This document shows, one piece after another, positions 12,545-24,707 of a stretch of DNA of 64,000 nucleotides. The notes under the pieces were generated by a model. It searched no databases and was not told the origin of the DNA. It saw nothing but the letters and a program-made list of their open reading frames with translations. The stretch is from Mobula hypostoma (Eukaryota). How positions within the stretch are numbered: position 1 is the stretch's first letter; each line of letters starts with the position of its first letter. Position numbers and translations under genes: made by a program. The stretch spans positions 8,744,001 to 8,808,000 of the forward strand of contig NC_086101.1 of the NCBI RefSeq assembly GCF_963921235.1, written 5' to 3'.

Positions 12545-14190
12545 GCTCACTTCCACAGCCTCCAGGCACATCTTCCCACCTTTATCTCTGATCGGTCCTA
12601 CCTTCACTCCTGTCATCCTTTTGTTCTTCATATAATTGAAAAATGCCTTGGGGTTTTCCTTTACCCTACTCACCAAGGCCTTCTCATGCCCCCTTCTTGC
12701 TCTCCTCAGCCCCTTCTTAAGCTCCTTTCTTGCTTCCCTATATTCCTCAATAGACCCATCTGATCCTTGCTTCCTAAACCTCATGTATGCTGCCTTCTTC
12801 CACCTGACTGGATTTTCCACCTCACTTGTCACCCATGGTTCCTTCACCCTACCATTCTTTATCTTCCTCACCAGACAAATTTATCCCTAACTTCCTGTAA
12901 GAGATCTCTAAACATCCATCACATGTCCATAGTACATTTCCCTGCAAAAACATCATCCCAATTCACACCCACAAGTTCCAGCCTTATAGCCTCATAATTT
13001 GCCCTTTCCCAATTAAACATTTTCCTGTCCTCTCTGATTATATCTTTTTCCATGATAATGTTAAAGGCCAGGGAGCAGTGGTCACTGCCCCCAGATGCTC
13101 ACCCACAGAGTGATCTGTGACCTGACCCAGTTCATTACCTAGTACATACTACATCTAGTATGGCATTCTCCCGAGTCGGCCTATCAACATACAGTGACAG
13201 GAATCCATCCTGGACACACTTAACAAACTCTGCACAGCCTAAACCCTAGGAACTAATCAGATGCCAATCAATATTAGGGAAGTTAAAGTCACCCATGATA
13301 ACAACCCTGTTATTTTTGCACCTTTCCAAAATCTGCCTCCCAATCTGCTCCTCAGTATCTCTGCTGCTACCAGGGGGCCCAAAGAATACTCTCAATAGAG
13401 TAACTGCTCCCTTCCTGTTCCTAACTTCTACCAATACTGACTCAAAAGAGGATCTTGCTACATTACCCACCCTTTCTGTAGCTGTAATAGTATCCCTGAC
13501 CAGTAATGCCACCCCATCTCCCCTATTTCCCCCCTCTCTATCTCTTTTAAAGCACTGAAATCCAGGAATATTGAGAATCCATTCCTGCCCTGGTGCCAGC
13601 CAAGTCTCTGTAATGGCCACTACATCATAATTCCATGTATGTATCCAAGCTCTCAGTTCATCACCTTTGTTCCTGATGCTTCTTGCATTGAAGTACACGC
13701 ACTTTTGCCCTTCTGCCTTACTACCTTTATTCTGTTTCTCTTTCCTCAAAGCCTCTTTGTATGTTAGATCTGGCTTTACTCCATGCACTGTACTTGCTGT
13801 TCTCGCATGACCTTTATCCTCCTCCACCTCGAACACTTTATCCTCATCTGCTCTAACCCTCTGATTCCCCTCCCCCTGCAAATCTAGTTTAAACCGCCAC
13901 CCCCCCGCAACACAAGCAAATCTTCCCGCAAGGATGTTAGTCCCCCTCCAGTTCAGGTGCAACCTGTCCCATCGGAACAGGTCCCACCTTCTCTGGAACA
14001 AGGCCAATTGTCCAGAAACATGAAGCCCTCCCTCCTGCACCAGATGTACAGATGTTGTGGGAGGCCAGTTTGGGACAACAACAATCCTGAACAGTCAAGA
14101 TGCCTGCATGGTGAAATTCAGTTTACGATTACAGTATTTGAGATAAAATACATCATTTTGTGACTGTGCACTTTAACAGAAATCTCTCAC

Positions 14191-14424
14191 CATGAGGAAT
14201 ATGATATTGTCTTGTCGATCCGTCTGTTCCTGTAACTTTGAGATTTCCTCCTGGATGGAATTTAAATTCTCTTGAACCTCTCGAAGATTTTTTTCCATTG
14301 GATTTAGAATCCTCTCCTCTTCTTCCCTGAGATTTCGGAGTGCACACTGCTCTTTCTCAATGAGAACCAGGCGCAGTTCAGAAAAATGGGATGTGATCTG
14401 GGACTGAAGGCTGTGTGACTGTCC
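14191..14424 (-). CDS. TRIM coding exon 3 (coiled coil), 234 nt
   Basis: tttgacag|GGACAG...CTCATG|gtgaga; open phase 0-0 frame GQSHSLQSQITSHFSELRLVLIEKEQCALRNLREEEERIL...NIIFLM. Confidence 0.9.
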
Positions 14425-14634
14425 CTGTCAAATGAAAGGAGAGGCCAGTTTACTATTTGAGGCTATTTTTTGTATTTCCTTCTGACATGGAAGGTAACTA
14501 TTCAGCCCATTAATGTCTTGGCTAGTTCTCAGAACAATCCCCTCCAACACATTCCCCCGCGTCTCCCTGAAACATGCATTCCATCCCTGACCGACAAACT
14601 CCGACCTGATTCACACACTGCCCACAAATCACAA

Positions 14635-14785
14635 GGTTAATTACAGTAGCCACTTTACCGTTCAACCATGCAATGTCGGCTAAAGGAAGGTACTGGTTAC
14701 AGGGAGAACATGCAAACTCCACGCAGACAGCTCCAGGGGTCAGGATCGATCCCAGGTTACCGGAGCTGCGATACTCCGCTACTCT
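14635..14785 (-). mobile_element. tRNA-derived V-SINE/HE1-like SINE fragment
   Basis: Reverse strand has B-box-like GGATCGATCC and the V-domain TGTGCGTGGAGTTTGCATGTTCTCCC-like motif. Confidence 0.6.
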
Positions 14786-14842
14786 GCATTAAAGGCAACA
14801 AAACTACAGAGCGAATTTGTAAATTCTGCTCAGGAGACTCAC

Positions 14843-14936
14843 CGAACTCCGGAATCTTCTCTTTTTGTTGTTGTTCCATTTCCTCAACACATGATTTCTT
14901 TTTAGTGAGAGAGTCTAACAAAGATTTAACCCGTTC
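14843..14936 (-). CDS. TRIM coding exon 2 (start of coiled coil), 94 nt and therefore frameshifting
   Basis: cttcccag|GAACGGGTT...GAGTTCG|gtgagt; ERVKSLLDSLTKKKSCVEEMEQQQKEKI. The equivalent exon in B30.2 TRIMs is normally 96 nt. Confidence 0.85.
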
Positions 14937-15014
14937 CTGGGAAGCAGACAGTGAAGACATTAGATCAAAATATGCAACTAAGTAAACAGCTGATCAAAAC
15001 CTGGTTAGTTTTAC

Positions 15015-15425
15015 CTTGTAGATTTCAACGGCTTCGTTAACCGGCATGAAGTTGTGAGACTTGTGTTCCCGCGCAGTCGCACAGATCAGGCAGATCAGTG
15101 TCTTGTCCGTCTCACAGAACAGCTTCAGTTCTTCCCCATGTTTCTCGCAGTGAAGTTTACTTTCCTTCTCCTTCGGATTCAGGTTTAGTTTTCGAGCTTT
15201 CTCAGACAGATTTGCTAAGGCCCAACTGACCCTGAGGGTGCGGTCTGCAAACTCCTCTCTACATTCCGGGCAGGAGTTTCTCACCTCCCTTTCCCAGTGG
15301 TGTGTGATACAGGAGCGACAGTAGTTGTGTCCACAGTCCAGTATAACCGGATCGGTGAAGAAATCCAGGCAGATGGGACAAATTACCTCCTCGGTTAAAC
15401 TCTCGACCTGTTCTTTCGAAGCCAT
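15015..15425 (-). CDS. TRIM (RBCC-B30.2; A33/NF7/TRIM39-like) coding exon 1: RING finger and B-box2
   Basis: ATG at 15425. C3HC4 RING (CPIC..CGH..CRSC..CPEC) and B-box (CEKH..LFCETD..ICLIC..EHKSH). 411 nt, phase-0 donor AAG|gtaaaa at 15014, candidate acceptor aaacag| before 15443. Confidence 0.95.
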
Positions 15426-15474
15426 GTTAACTCCCGGCACTTCCTGTTTCAGGATCCTTTCGCATTCGGGAGGC

Positions 15475-15498
15475 GGGGGGGGGGGGGGGGGGGGGGGG
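15475..15498 (+). repeat. G24 homopolymer (C-tract on the TRIM strand)
   Basis: Direct count. Confidence 0.95.
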
Positions 15499-15704
15499 TG
15501 GGCTGCTGAACGCCGGCGGTACTGCGATTGTCCACTAGGGGCGCTGCAGTCTCGGGAATGAATGTTTCTTTTCAGTGAGCAGGAATCGTGTTCATTTCCA
15601 CAGCAGGGATCAGCAGCACTTTAAACAAGTCTAACATAAATAAAGCCGGAGAGAAGAGCTTGGTTCAGTCTACGGCAGAACTGAAGGGACAAGTCCTGAA
15701 ACGA

Positions 15705-15905
15705 GAGACACAAGGGACTGTAAATGCAGGAATCCGGAGGGGAAAGAGAGCTGCTGGAGGAACTCAATGGGTCAGACAGCATTTGTGGAGAAAAATAGAC
15801 AGGAGATATTCCGGTTTGAGACAGTCCAGATGAAGGTTCTCAATCCGAAATGTCGATTGTCCATTTCTCTCCACAGATGCTGCCTAACCCTCGGTGTTCC
15901 TATTA
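15705..15905. mobile_element. Palindromic Penelope-end-derived short element
   Basis: Two inverted degenerate Penelope termini (GGAGGAACTCA..CAGCATTTGTGGAGA and TCTCCACAGATGCTGCC); a similar smaller one lies at about 16300-16480. Confidence 0.6.
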
Positions 15906-17117
15906 AAGCTCGTTTTTTTTTAGATTGAGGATTAAAGGGAGTCAGACTGAGATTTAAAAACGGTGATTAATGCAAATTTAGAGCAACTATTAAATCAGTC
16001 AATGGTATGGAACACGGGATGTGGAGAGAATCTGCTGTGAGGAGATTGATACTGTGGCGATGACAAAGATGCGGCTGCAGGAATCACCACAGGACTGGAC
16101 ATTGTACGTCACAGTGTGGAAAACATTCAACTCCTGATTTCCATTTCCCTTCTTGACTTCACCACATACGGCCCAGCTCCAAAGGTCCGGTCTCACTTGC
16201 TCTGAACAGGACCCACGTGTGGAAATGATTTCCCCCTGCCCATCTTCTAAACCCCGTCAGCCCCAGAGAGCAGGGGCACTGGGCTGGAATCTCCACTCAC
16301 AAACACAAGAGATTCTGCAGATGCTGGAATTCCAGAGCAACGCACACAATATACTGGAGGAACTCAGCCAGTCAGGCAGCATATGGAGGGGAATAAACTG
16401 CGCTTCAGTCTGAAATGACGACTGTTCTCCTCTCCAGAGTTGCTGCCTGACCCCCTGAGTTCCTCCAGTATTTTGATTGTGTTGCTCTGCAATCTCCACG
16501 TCACTGAGTCTGACAGTCTTCATCAGGGAGCTTCCACAACAGCAGCTCGAGGGACAGAGGGACTGGGGGTTGGGTTGTGGGTGTGGGGACCAGTCCCCCA
16601 CTGAAATACGGTTCAGATGGAACAGCACAGAAAGAACCTGCCAGACAGCAGTGGTGGGTTTCGGGAACAAGACAGTTTATTCAGACCCTGTTACAGTGAA
16701 CATCGGGGAACACATCGAGTGTCATCGCAAAGATACTCCACTGAGTCAATGATCTTACGGGTTCCTGTTATACAATGGTGACATGTGGATTTCACAAAAT
16801 ATAATCAGGAATCTATATTTCTCTGTGGTACGTGATCTTTAATTATTTCTCTGTGGTCTCTCTCGATCTCACTGACAACCATTTCCCAGTGCTCTCTGTA
16901 ATTCATTGTTTTCATCTCTGACCCTGTTTTTCTGCCGTGACTCCCATTATCTGATGATAAACTCTCCTGCCGTGGTCTGCAATCCAACCTCCACCTGTTT
17001 ACCTTTGATCCAGTGAGCTTCACCTTGCTGACTGAACACATCCACAGTCTAATCACTGTACTGACTGTCATATCGTCACCTCTCAGTGACCTTCTCCCTG
17101 GGTCTAATTAACTTTAC

Positions 17118-17650
17118 AAAAACACGAGGAATTCTGCAGATGCTGGAAATTCAAGCAACACACATCAAAGTTGCTGGTGAACGCAGCAGGCTAGGCAGCA
17201 TCTCTAGGAAGAGGTACAGTCGACGTTTCAGGCCGAGACCCTTAGTCAGGACTAACTGAAGAAAGAGCTAGTAAGAGATTTAAAAGTGGGAGGGGGAGGG
17301 GAGATCCAAAATGATAGGAGAAGACAGGAGGGGGAGGGATGGAGCCAAGAGCTGGTCAGCTGATTGGCAAAAGGGGTATGAGAGGATCACAGGACAGGAG
17401 GCCCAGGGAGAAGGAAAAACGGGTGGAACAAAGAGGATGGGCAAGGGGTATATTCAGAGGGACAGAGGGAGAAAAAGGAGAGTGAGAGAAAGAATGTGTG
17501 TATAAAAATAAGTAACAGATGGGGTACGAGGGGGAGGTGGGGCATTAGCGGAAGTTTGAGAAGTCAATGTTCATGCCATCAGGTTGGAGGCTACCCAGAT
17601 GGAATATAAGGTGTTGTTCCTCCAACCTGAGTGTGGCTTCATCTTTACAG
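17118..17650 (-). mobile_element. Penelope 3' fragment
   Basis: Reverse complement of about 24177-24707. Confidence 0.92.
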
Positions 17651-19369
17651 GGAGTCAGACCCAAGACCCCAGCCTGCAGGCCTCAAGACCCCAAGTCTGT
17701 CTCCAAGCCTCAAGCCTCAAGACCCCAAGCCTGTTTCCAAGCCTGAAGCCTCAAGACCCCAGCCTGTCTCCAAGCCTCAAGCCTCAAGACCCCAAGCCTG
17801 TCTCCAAGCCTCAAGCCTCAAGACCCCAAGCCTGTCTCCAAGCGTCAATCCTCAAGACCCCAAACTCCAGTCCTGCAGTCATGTCATGTCCATGCCTGGT
17901 TCTGGGGCCCAAGCCCGAGGCAAGACCCAGCTTCTGGGTCCTTGTCCAGTCTCTGGCTTGGGGTCCAAGCCCTAGTCTACGTTCCTGTCCTTGCTCCTTG
18001 TCTGTTTCCTGTCACGTCTCTACCCTGCTCAAGTCCTGTTCCTTGTACCTCAGTGTCTGTGTCTTGCATTTGGGTCTATTCCCAGCGCCCCCCATTGTGA
18101 CACAACAGCCCAGCCAGACTTGGACCCAGCGACACAGACACTGTCGTTTTACTCTTGCCTTCCTGGTTCTCTCCTGTTCCATGCACCCCTCCCCCTCAAC
18201 CCGCCCGTATCGTCCATGGTCTGGGAAAGCCTTTTGGGTCGCCAGGAGGCTCCCATAGAGTGGGGTGGGGTACTGTCATGTCCGGTCCGTGACGTCCGTG
18301 TTCCGGTTCACGGTCCGGTCCGTGGTTCCTTGTTCCGGGATTTCTGGTTTTCCTCAGTTTCTGCTGTGGGCACATGTTTCTCGTTGTGGGGCTGGGACAG
18401 AAATACCTCTGCAAAGCAGGGATTCCCTGCTGGACTGTCCTATTCTCCTCTTTGTCTCCCCCGCCCCCGCCTGACTCTCTGCCTGCTCACCAAGACTGGA
18501 TACACCGCTTGTATAACCTGCCTGTATCACTGAAGTTTTACCGCCGGAGCAAGACCGGAGCCTGGTTAGGTCAAGATAAGGAACTGTCTTTCGTTGTGTG
18601 GAACTGTCTCTCTGTGCCCACGCCTTCGCTAGGTAGGTCCGGCCGTCTGTTCATGTTCAGTGTTCCGTGTATGGGTCCCGGCCCTACGTCCTGTTCCCAA
18701 GGAGTGTTCCCGGCTCTGTGTTCTGTGCTCCTGTCTCTTCTAGTCCAAGGCTCTGTGCTCCAGAAGGCCTTCCTCCAGTCCGTGCCTAGTCCAGTCCTAT
18801 CCGAGTCCTGTCCATGTGCCTTTACCAGTCCTTGTGTTTCACCCTACCCAGGAGTTCCTCACCCAAGCCATGTCCAGTCCTGTAACCTTGTCTTGTTCTC
18901 GCTTAGTTCTGGAGTCTGAGCCCGAGTCAATTCCCAGGTTCTGGGTCCTTTTCCCAGTATCTGGTTCGGAGTCTATACCCAAGCATCTGCATTTCAAGAA
19001 CCAAGACCCCAGCCTGCAGGCCTCAGGACCAAGACCCCAGCCTGCAGACCTCAAGGACCAAGACCCCAGCCTGCAGACCTCAAGGACCAAGACCCCAAGC
19101 CTGTCTCCAAGCCTCAACCCTCAACACCCTAGCCTCCATTCCTACAGTCATGTCATGTCAATGCCTGGTTCTGGGGCCTGAGCCCAAGGCAAGACCCAGG
19201 TTGTGGGTCCCTTTCCAGTGATGGCTCGGAGTCCAAGCCCTTGTCTGCGTTCTTGTCCCTGCTCCTTGTCTGTTTCCTGTCACGTCTCTATCCTAGTCAA
19301 GTCCTGTTCCTTGTACTTCAGTGTCTGTGTCTTGCATTTGGGTCCGTTCCCAACGCCCCCACTGTGACA
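17651..19369 (+). mobile_element. Miniature non-autonomous Gypsy-type LTR element: partial 5' LTR to 18102, 171-bp internal region, 3' LTR 18274-19369
   Basis: Both LTRs end in TGTGACA; polypurine tract GAGTGGGGTGGGGTAC before TGTCATG; 17870-18102 is similar to 19140-19369; LTRs carry 29-34 bp tandem repeats. Confidence 0.8.
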
Positions 19370-20574
19370 CTGTGTGGTGTGATTGTCACTTGCCACCTAT
19401 CAGCCCAGGCCTGGATATTGTCCAGGTCTTGCTGCATTTGTGTTGTGGGCTGCTTCATTATCTGAGGAGTGGTAGATGGTGCTGAACATCGTGTCGTCAT
19501 CAGACCATCCCGACCTCTGACCTTACGATGGGCAGAAGGTCGTTGATGAAGCAGCTGAGGGTGTTTGGGCCGAGGACTCTGTCCTGGGAAGTTCCTGCAG
19601 AGATGTCCTGTGGCTGAGATAATCAGCTCCAAACGCCACAGCCATCTTCTTTGATTCCCCCTGAATACCCCATTATTCCTTCACTTGCTCTATTAATTTT
19701 ATAATTCATAGTGATGTTATGTCTGTGCACTGCACTGCTGCTGCAAAGCAACACATTTTACATCATATACAACAGAGATAATAAACCCGATTCTGATTCT
19801 GTTTCCGCAGATTAGTCAGGCCCAGTGACCTGTCTGATCAGACCCCTTCCAATCATGTGTGTAAACCCTCCCAACACCCGATAATCTCTCAGTTCACCCA
19901 TCGGATCACCCCCCCCACCCCACACACACACACAGAGCTCTGAACACAACTCCTTCCCTCCACATCAGTGACGTATTACAGAAGGCAGGACCCTCGAGTC
20001 AGGCCAGGGCTCCTGCAGGGTGGAATATTTCATCGTCCCTCTGTAAACAAGAGACATTTGACCTGCCGGCCTCAGTGCTGATGTTCCTGTTTCCGGTGAG
20101 CTCAGTGACATTGAGTCATTCAGCACGGAAACTGCTGCTGGAAGATCATCAGCTCAGTGAGAGACGCTGTTTGGTCCACCCGAAACCTGTTGGTCTCCCA
20201 GCACAGCGAAATGTCCGTCAGGGAATGCTGCCAACATTGAAAAGTTGCATCACCTCTGAGACAACCTGAGTGCCAATGGTTTAAACAATGTGAACATGAC
20301 CGACTGGATTGACCAAATGACATTCAGAATGTAAAACATTATTCACACCGTGTTTAGCATTTTGTATATATTTTTATGACGAGCAAAAGGCACATTGGAA
20401 GTGCAAAATGCAGCTCAGATACAGGATGAATCTCATCAACCATTATCCACACTCTTACACTAATCCTACACTGCAGATCCCACATTGGTCTCATCGGTCA
20501 CCTCAGTTCTGGAGTGGAAATGAGTCATCCTCAACTCCGGGCGACACTGGAGAAGGTGTATTTCCCTGTGTAAT

Positions 20575-21295
20575 TGTAAGGGGTTTCTTCTTTTTATATT
20601 ACTGTTTAGGCTAATCAAAATGGCTTCTTTGATATGTTAGAATAATGTGGCTTCTTTGTTATGTTATCTGTTGAGAAAGTGCTTCTCTCTCTTGCAGGTT
20701 GTTTGGGTTCTATTATTGACAAGAGACTGAACGAACCAATTGGGATAGATGTTATTCTTTCTTGTGTGTCTGTAAGCTATTGTTTTTCACGGGCTTTGGG
20801 GGAGAAGGCGCGATGGGGACAGGGAGAGGAGACGCGATGCTGTAAGCGGGGTGGCGGAATGGACCCCGAGCGGGTCTTTGGTGAGGGGAGGGGACGAAGA
20901 CAGACTAGTGTGGAGCGTCTGGTCGACCACCCTGGTTGGTCCCAGGCGGCGGGTCGAGGGGTTCGGAGGGGATCGAATGGTGGAAAGAAGACTCCGTTAC
21001 TAGAGCTCCAACTGTTGTGCACGAAGTGGTTAAACTTTGATAAGTTTGGCGGCTTGTACTTTCCTTTTACATTGTATCTCTATTAATTATAGTTCCAGTA
21101 AGATCTGTAAAGTGTAATCTATTAATCGCATATGGAGTATTGTCTGTTTTTTGGCGGGGTGGGGTACATCACACAGCATCCACACAAACTTGATTACCCA
21201 GATTGGAGGGGCTGAACGCTGCTGCCCCTAGACGAAAGCGAGTTGAGCGAGCGTGAGGCTTGCTAGGGGGGGCGGGTGGGGGGTGGGGGGGTACA
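20575..21295 (+). mobile_element. Solo LTR
   Basis: TGTAAG...GTACA ends; imperfect 4-bp TSD TAAT/TAAG. Confidence 0.7.
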
Positions 21296-21485
21296 TAAGG
21301 AAAGAGTTAATTGTGATTCCTCCTCGGCACATGCCAAAGTAAAATGGAAGTTCAAAGACAAAATAGTGTCAGGTTGGGATGTGGTAATGGTCTGTTTTCC
21401 CTCTGTTTCAGCAATGTATTGTCCCTATTTTGAACGCACATCATGAAGATGAAATACCAATGAAGAATGTTTTCCTCCTGACATC

Positions 21486-22105
21486 TGTAACGCTCAGCTC
21501 TATCGGCTCGTGTTTGTCCAGGGGAAACCCCGTCCGCCCGCCAAACCGTGTCTCACCTTTGCGTTGATGTGGTGTAATGCGCATTGGTACAAGCCCAGAC
21601 ATAAAATATCAGACTGCACACAACGTACGAGTTACGGATTACACTTTATAAATCTTACTGGAACTATAATTAATAGAGATACAATATAAAAGGAAAGAAA
21701 AAGCCGCCAAACTTATCAGAGTTCAACCACTTCGTGCACAACTGTTGGAGTTCAATTAACGGGTCTTCCTTCCACCATTCGATCCCCTCCGAACCCCTCG
21801 ACCCACCGCCTGGGACCAACCATGGTGGTCGACCAGAGCGCGTCCAGCACGTCCTTCCTCCTCGGTTCTCCTCCCGAAAAGCCCGCGCACTGACTCAGAT
21901 TCCCACACATACGGATAGAATAACATAGCTTCCATTGGTTAGTTCCTTCGTTATGTATAATTATGACGCCAACATTTCAGCTAAACAGAGCATGATCTCA
22001 GCAGTTAACATACAGAGAAGCCATTTCATTATAACACTACAGAGATGCCATTTTATATATGGAGTTAACAACTAACATTACAATTAATAACCTGAGAACC
22101 CGACA
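21486..22105 (-). mobile_element. Solo LTR related to 20575-21295, inverted
   Basis: TGTAAC...CGACA ends; imperfect TSD CATC/GATC; 21640-21850 is a reverse-complement match to about 20910-21110. Confidence 0.7.
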
Positions 22106-22815
22106 GATCCCCGGTGTTACCTTTGTCCAAAATTTTGTGTCTGGGCTGCAGTTCGTTATAGATAAGAGGGATTAGCTGGAACCACCAAGCTACGGAAAAG
22201 TACTGGGGTGACCGTTCTGTTATGCTTTGATGGAATCTTGTGTGTGTGTGTGTGTGGCCTCCGTCGGTCGTGGTCGGCCATGGGTACTGCGCCTCTGGTA
22301 GTCACCGGTTTGTCGAGCAGCATCGACTGGGGCTGTTGAGGCTGGTCCTGGAACGACAGGCTCTACCACAGTTGCTGCATGTGTGGAACGTTGTGGAGTT
22401 GTTGTCCGCTGTCCGCTGGGCTCTCCGTTTAGCTCTCCGCTCCTCAAATGGACTCAGGGTCACTCTTCCGCCTTGCTCTAGGTGCTGCTGAAGAGTACCC
22501 CGCCATTTGTTGCGGTCATCTGCTGTATCCGCCCGGCACTCTGTGTTGATTTTTTAAGGCCTTCATGTCGCGCTTGCAGAGGCCCTTGAGGCGAAGCTGG
22601 GGTCTACCAACGTTCCTCTTGCCTGTTGCTAGTTCTCTGTAGAACAGTCTACCGTCCTTCCTATGATGGACGTGGCCCAGCCAGCGCAGTCTGCGTTGTC
22701 TTAAAAGCGTGAACATTGGGGGAAGTCCAGTGCAGGAGAGGACCTCAGAGTTTGGGACTTTGTCTCTCCCGGTGATGCCGGGAATGCGGCGAAGGCTACG
22801 CTGGTGAAAACTGTT

Positions 22816-24707
22816 TTATCACCCCTTGTTCAATCCCTTCCGACCTATGTTCGTGACACTTCTCACGCTCTTAAACTTTTCGATGATTTTAAGTTCCCTG
22901 GCCCCCACCGCTTTATTTTCACCATGGATGTCCAGTCCTTATATACTTCCATCCCCCATCAGGAAGGTCTCAAAGCTCTACGCTTCTTTTTGGATTCCAG
23001 ACCTAATCAGTTCCCCTCTACCACCACTCTGCTCCGTCTAGCGGAATTAGTCCTTACTCTTAATAATTTCTCCTTTGGCTCCTCCCACTTCCTCCAAACT
23101 AAAGGTGTAGCTATGGGCACCCGTATGGGTCCTAGCTATGCCTGCCTTTTTGTTGGGTTTGTGGAACAATCTATGTTCCGTGCCTATTCTGGTATCTGTC
23201 CCCCACTTTTCCTTCGCTACATCGACGACTGCATTGGCGCTGCTTCCTGCACGCATGCAGAACTCGTTGACTTTATTAGCTTTGCCTCCAACTTTCACCC
23301 TGCCCTCAAGTTTACCTGGTCCATTTCCGACACCTCCCTCCCCTTTCTAGATCTTTCTATCCCTGTCTCTGGAGACAGCTTATCCACTGATGTCTACTAT
23401 AAGCCTACTGACTCTCACAGCTATCTGGACTATTCCTCTTCTCACCCTGTCTCTTGCAAAAACGCCATCCCCTTCTCGCAATTCCTCCGTCTCCGCCGCA
23501 TCTGCTCTCAGGATGAGGTTTTTCATTCTTGGACGAGGGAGATGTCTTCCTTTTTTAAAGAAAGGGGCTTCCCTTCCTCCACTATCAACTCTGCTCTTAA
23601 ACGCATCTCCCCCATTTCACGTACATCTGCTCTCACTCCATCCTCCCACCACCCCACTAGGAATAGGGTTCCCCTTGTCCTCACCTACCACCCCACCAGC
23701 CTCCGGGTCCAACATATTATTCTCCGTAACTTCCGCCACCTCCAACGGGATCCCACCACTAAGCACATCTTTCCCTCCCCCCCCCTGCATTCCGCAGGGA
23801 TCGCTCCCTACACAACTCCCTTGTCCATTCGTCCCCCCCATCCCTCCCCACTGATCTCCCTCCTGGCACTTATCCATGTAAGCGGAACAAGTGCTACACA
23901 TGCCCTTACACTTCCTCCCTTGCCACCATTCAGGGCCCCAAACAGTCCGTCCAGGTGAGGCAACACTTCACCTGTGAGTCGAATGGGGTGATATACTGCA
24001 TCCGGTGCTCCCGATGTGGCCTTTTATATATTGGCGAGACCCGACGCAGACTGGGAGAAAGCTTTGCTGAACATCTACGCTCTGTCCGCCAGAGAAAGCA
24101 GGATCTCCCAGTGGCCACACATTTTAATTCCACATCCCATTCCCATTCTGACATGTCTATCCACGGCCTCCTCTACTGTAAAGATGAAGCCACACTCAGG
24201 TTGGAGGAACAACACCTTATATTCCGTCTGGGTAGCCTCGAACCTGATGGCGTGAACATCGACTTCTCTAACTTCCGCTAGGCCCCAACTCCCCCTCGTA
24301 CCCCATCTGTTACTTATTTTTATGCACACATTCTTTCTCTCACTCTCCTTTTTCTCCCTCTGTCCCTCTGAATATACCTCTTGCCCATCCTCTGGGTCCC
24401 CCCCACCTTGTTTTTCTTCCCGGACCTCCTGTCCCATGATCCTCTCGTATCCCCTTTTGCCTATCACCTGTCCAGCTCTTGGCTCTATCCCTCCCCCTCC
24501 TGTCTTCTCCTATCATTTTGCATCTCCCCCTCCCCCTCCATCTTTCAAATCCCTTACTCACTCTTCCTTCAGTTAGTCCTGACGAAGGGTCTCGGCCTGA
24601 AACGTCGACTGCACCTCTTCCTACAATGCTGCTTGGCCTGCTGCGTTCACCAGCAACTTTGATGTGTGTTGCTTGAATTTCCATCATCTGCAGAATTCCT
24701 GTTGTTT
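22816..24707 (+). mobile_element. Penelope-like element (RT plus GIY-YIG endonuclease), 5'-truncated
   Basis: MDVQSLYTSIP, GVAMGTRMGP, RYIDD; VIYCIRC..LYIGET. 16-bp TSD GC(T/A)GGTGAAAACTGTT at 22800-22815 and 24708-24723. Confidence 0.95.
24575..24610 (+). ncRNA. Minimal type I hammerhead ribozyme in the Penelope 3' region
   Basis: AGTC-CTGACGA-AGG(GTCTCGG)CCT-GAAAC-GTC-GACT: stem I, intact core, stem II, palindromic ACGT stem III; predicted cleavage after 24606. Confidence 0.8.

Larger units (their letters stand above)
10150..14043 (-). mobile_element. CR1 LINE subfamily A (end of ORF1, endonuclease, RT) with two nested insertions
   Basis: KCVYFNARSIRNKGDEL..ITETWL (APE endonuclease), RT fragments and (TTCTATG)n tail; near-identical to the 5109 and 56116 copies. 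Confidence 0.95.

Noticed and set aside
17584..19181. Pro/Ser/Gln-rich ORFs
   Set aside because: Translations of LTR tandem repeats.
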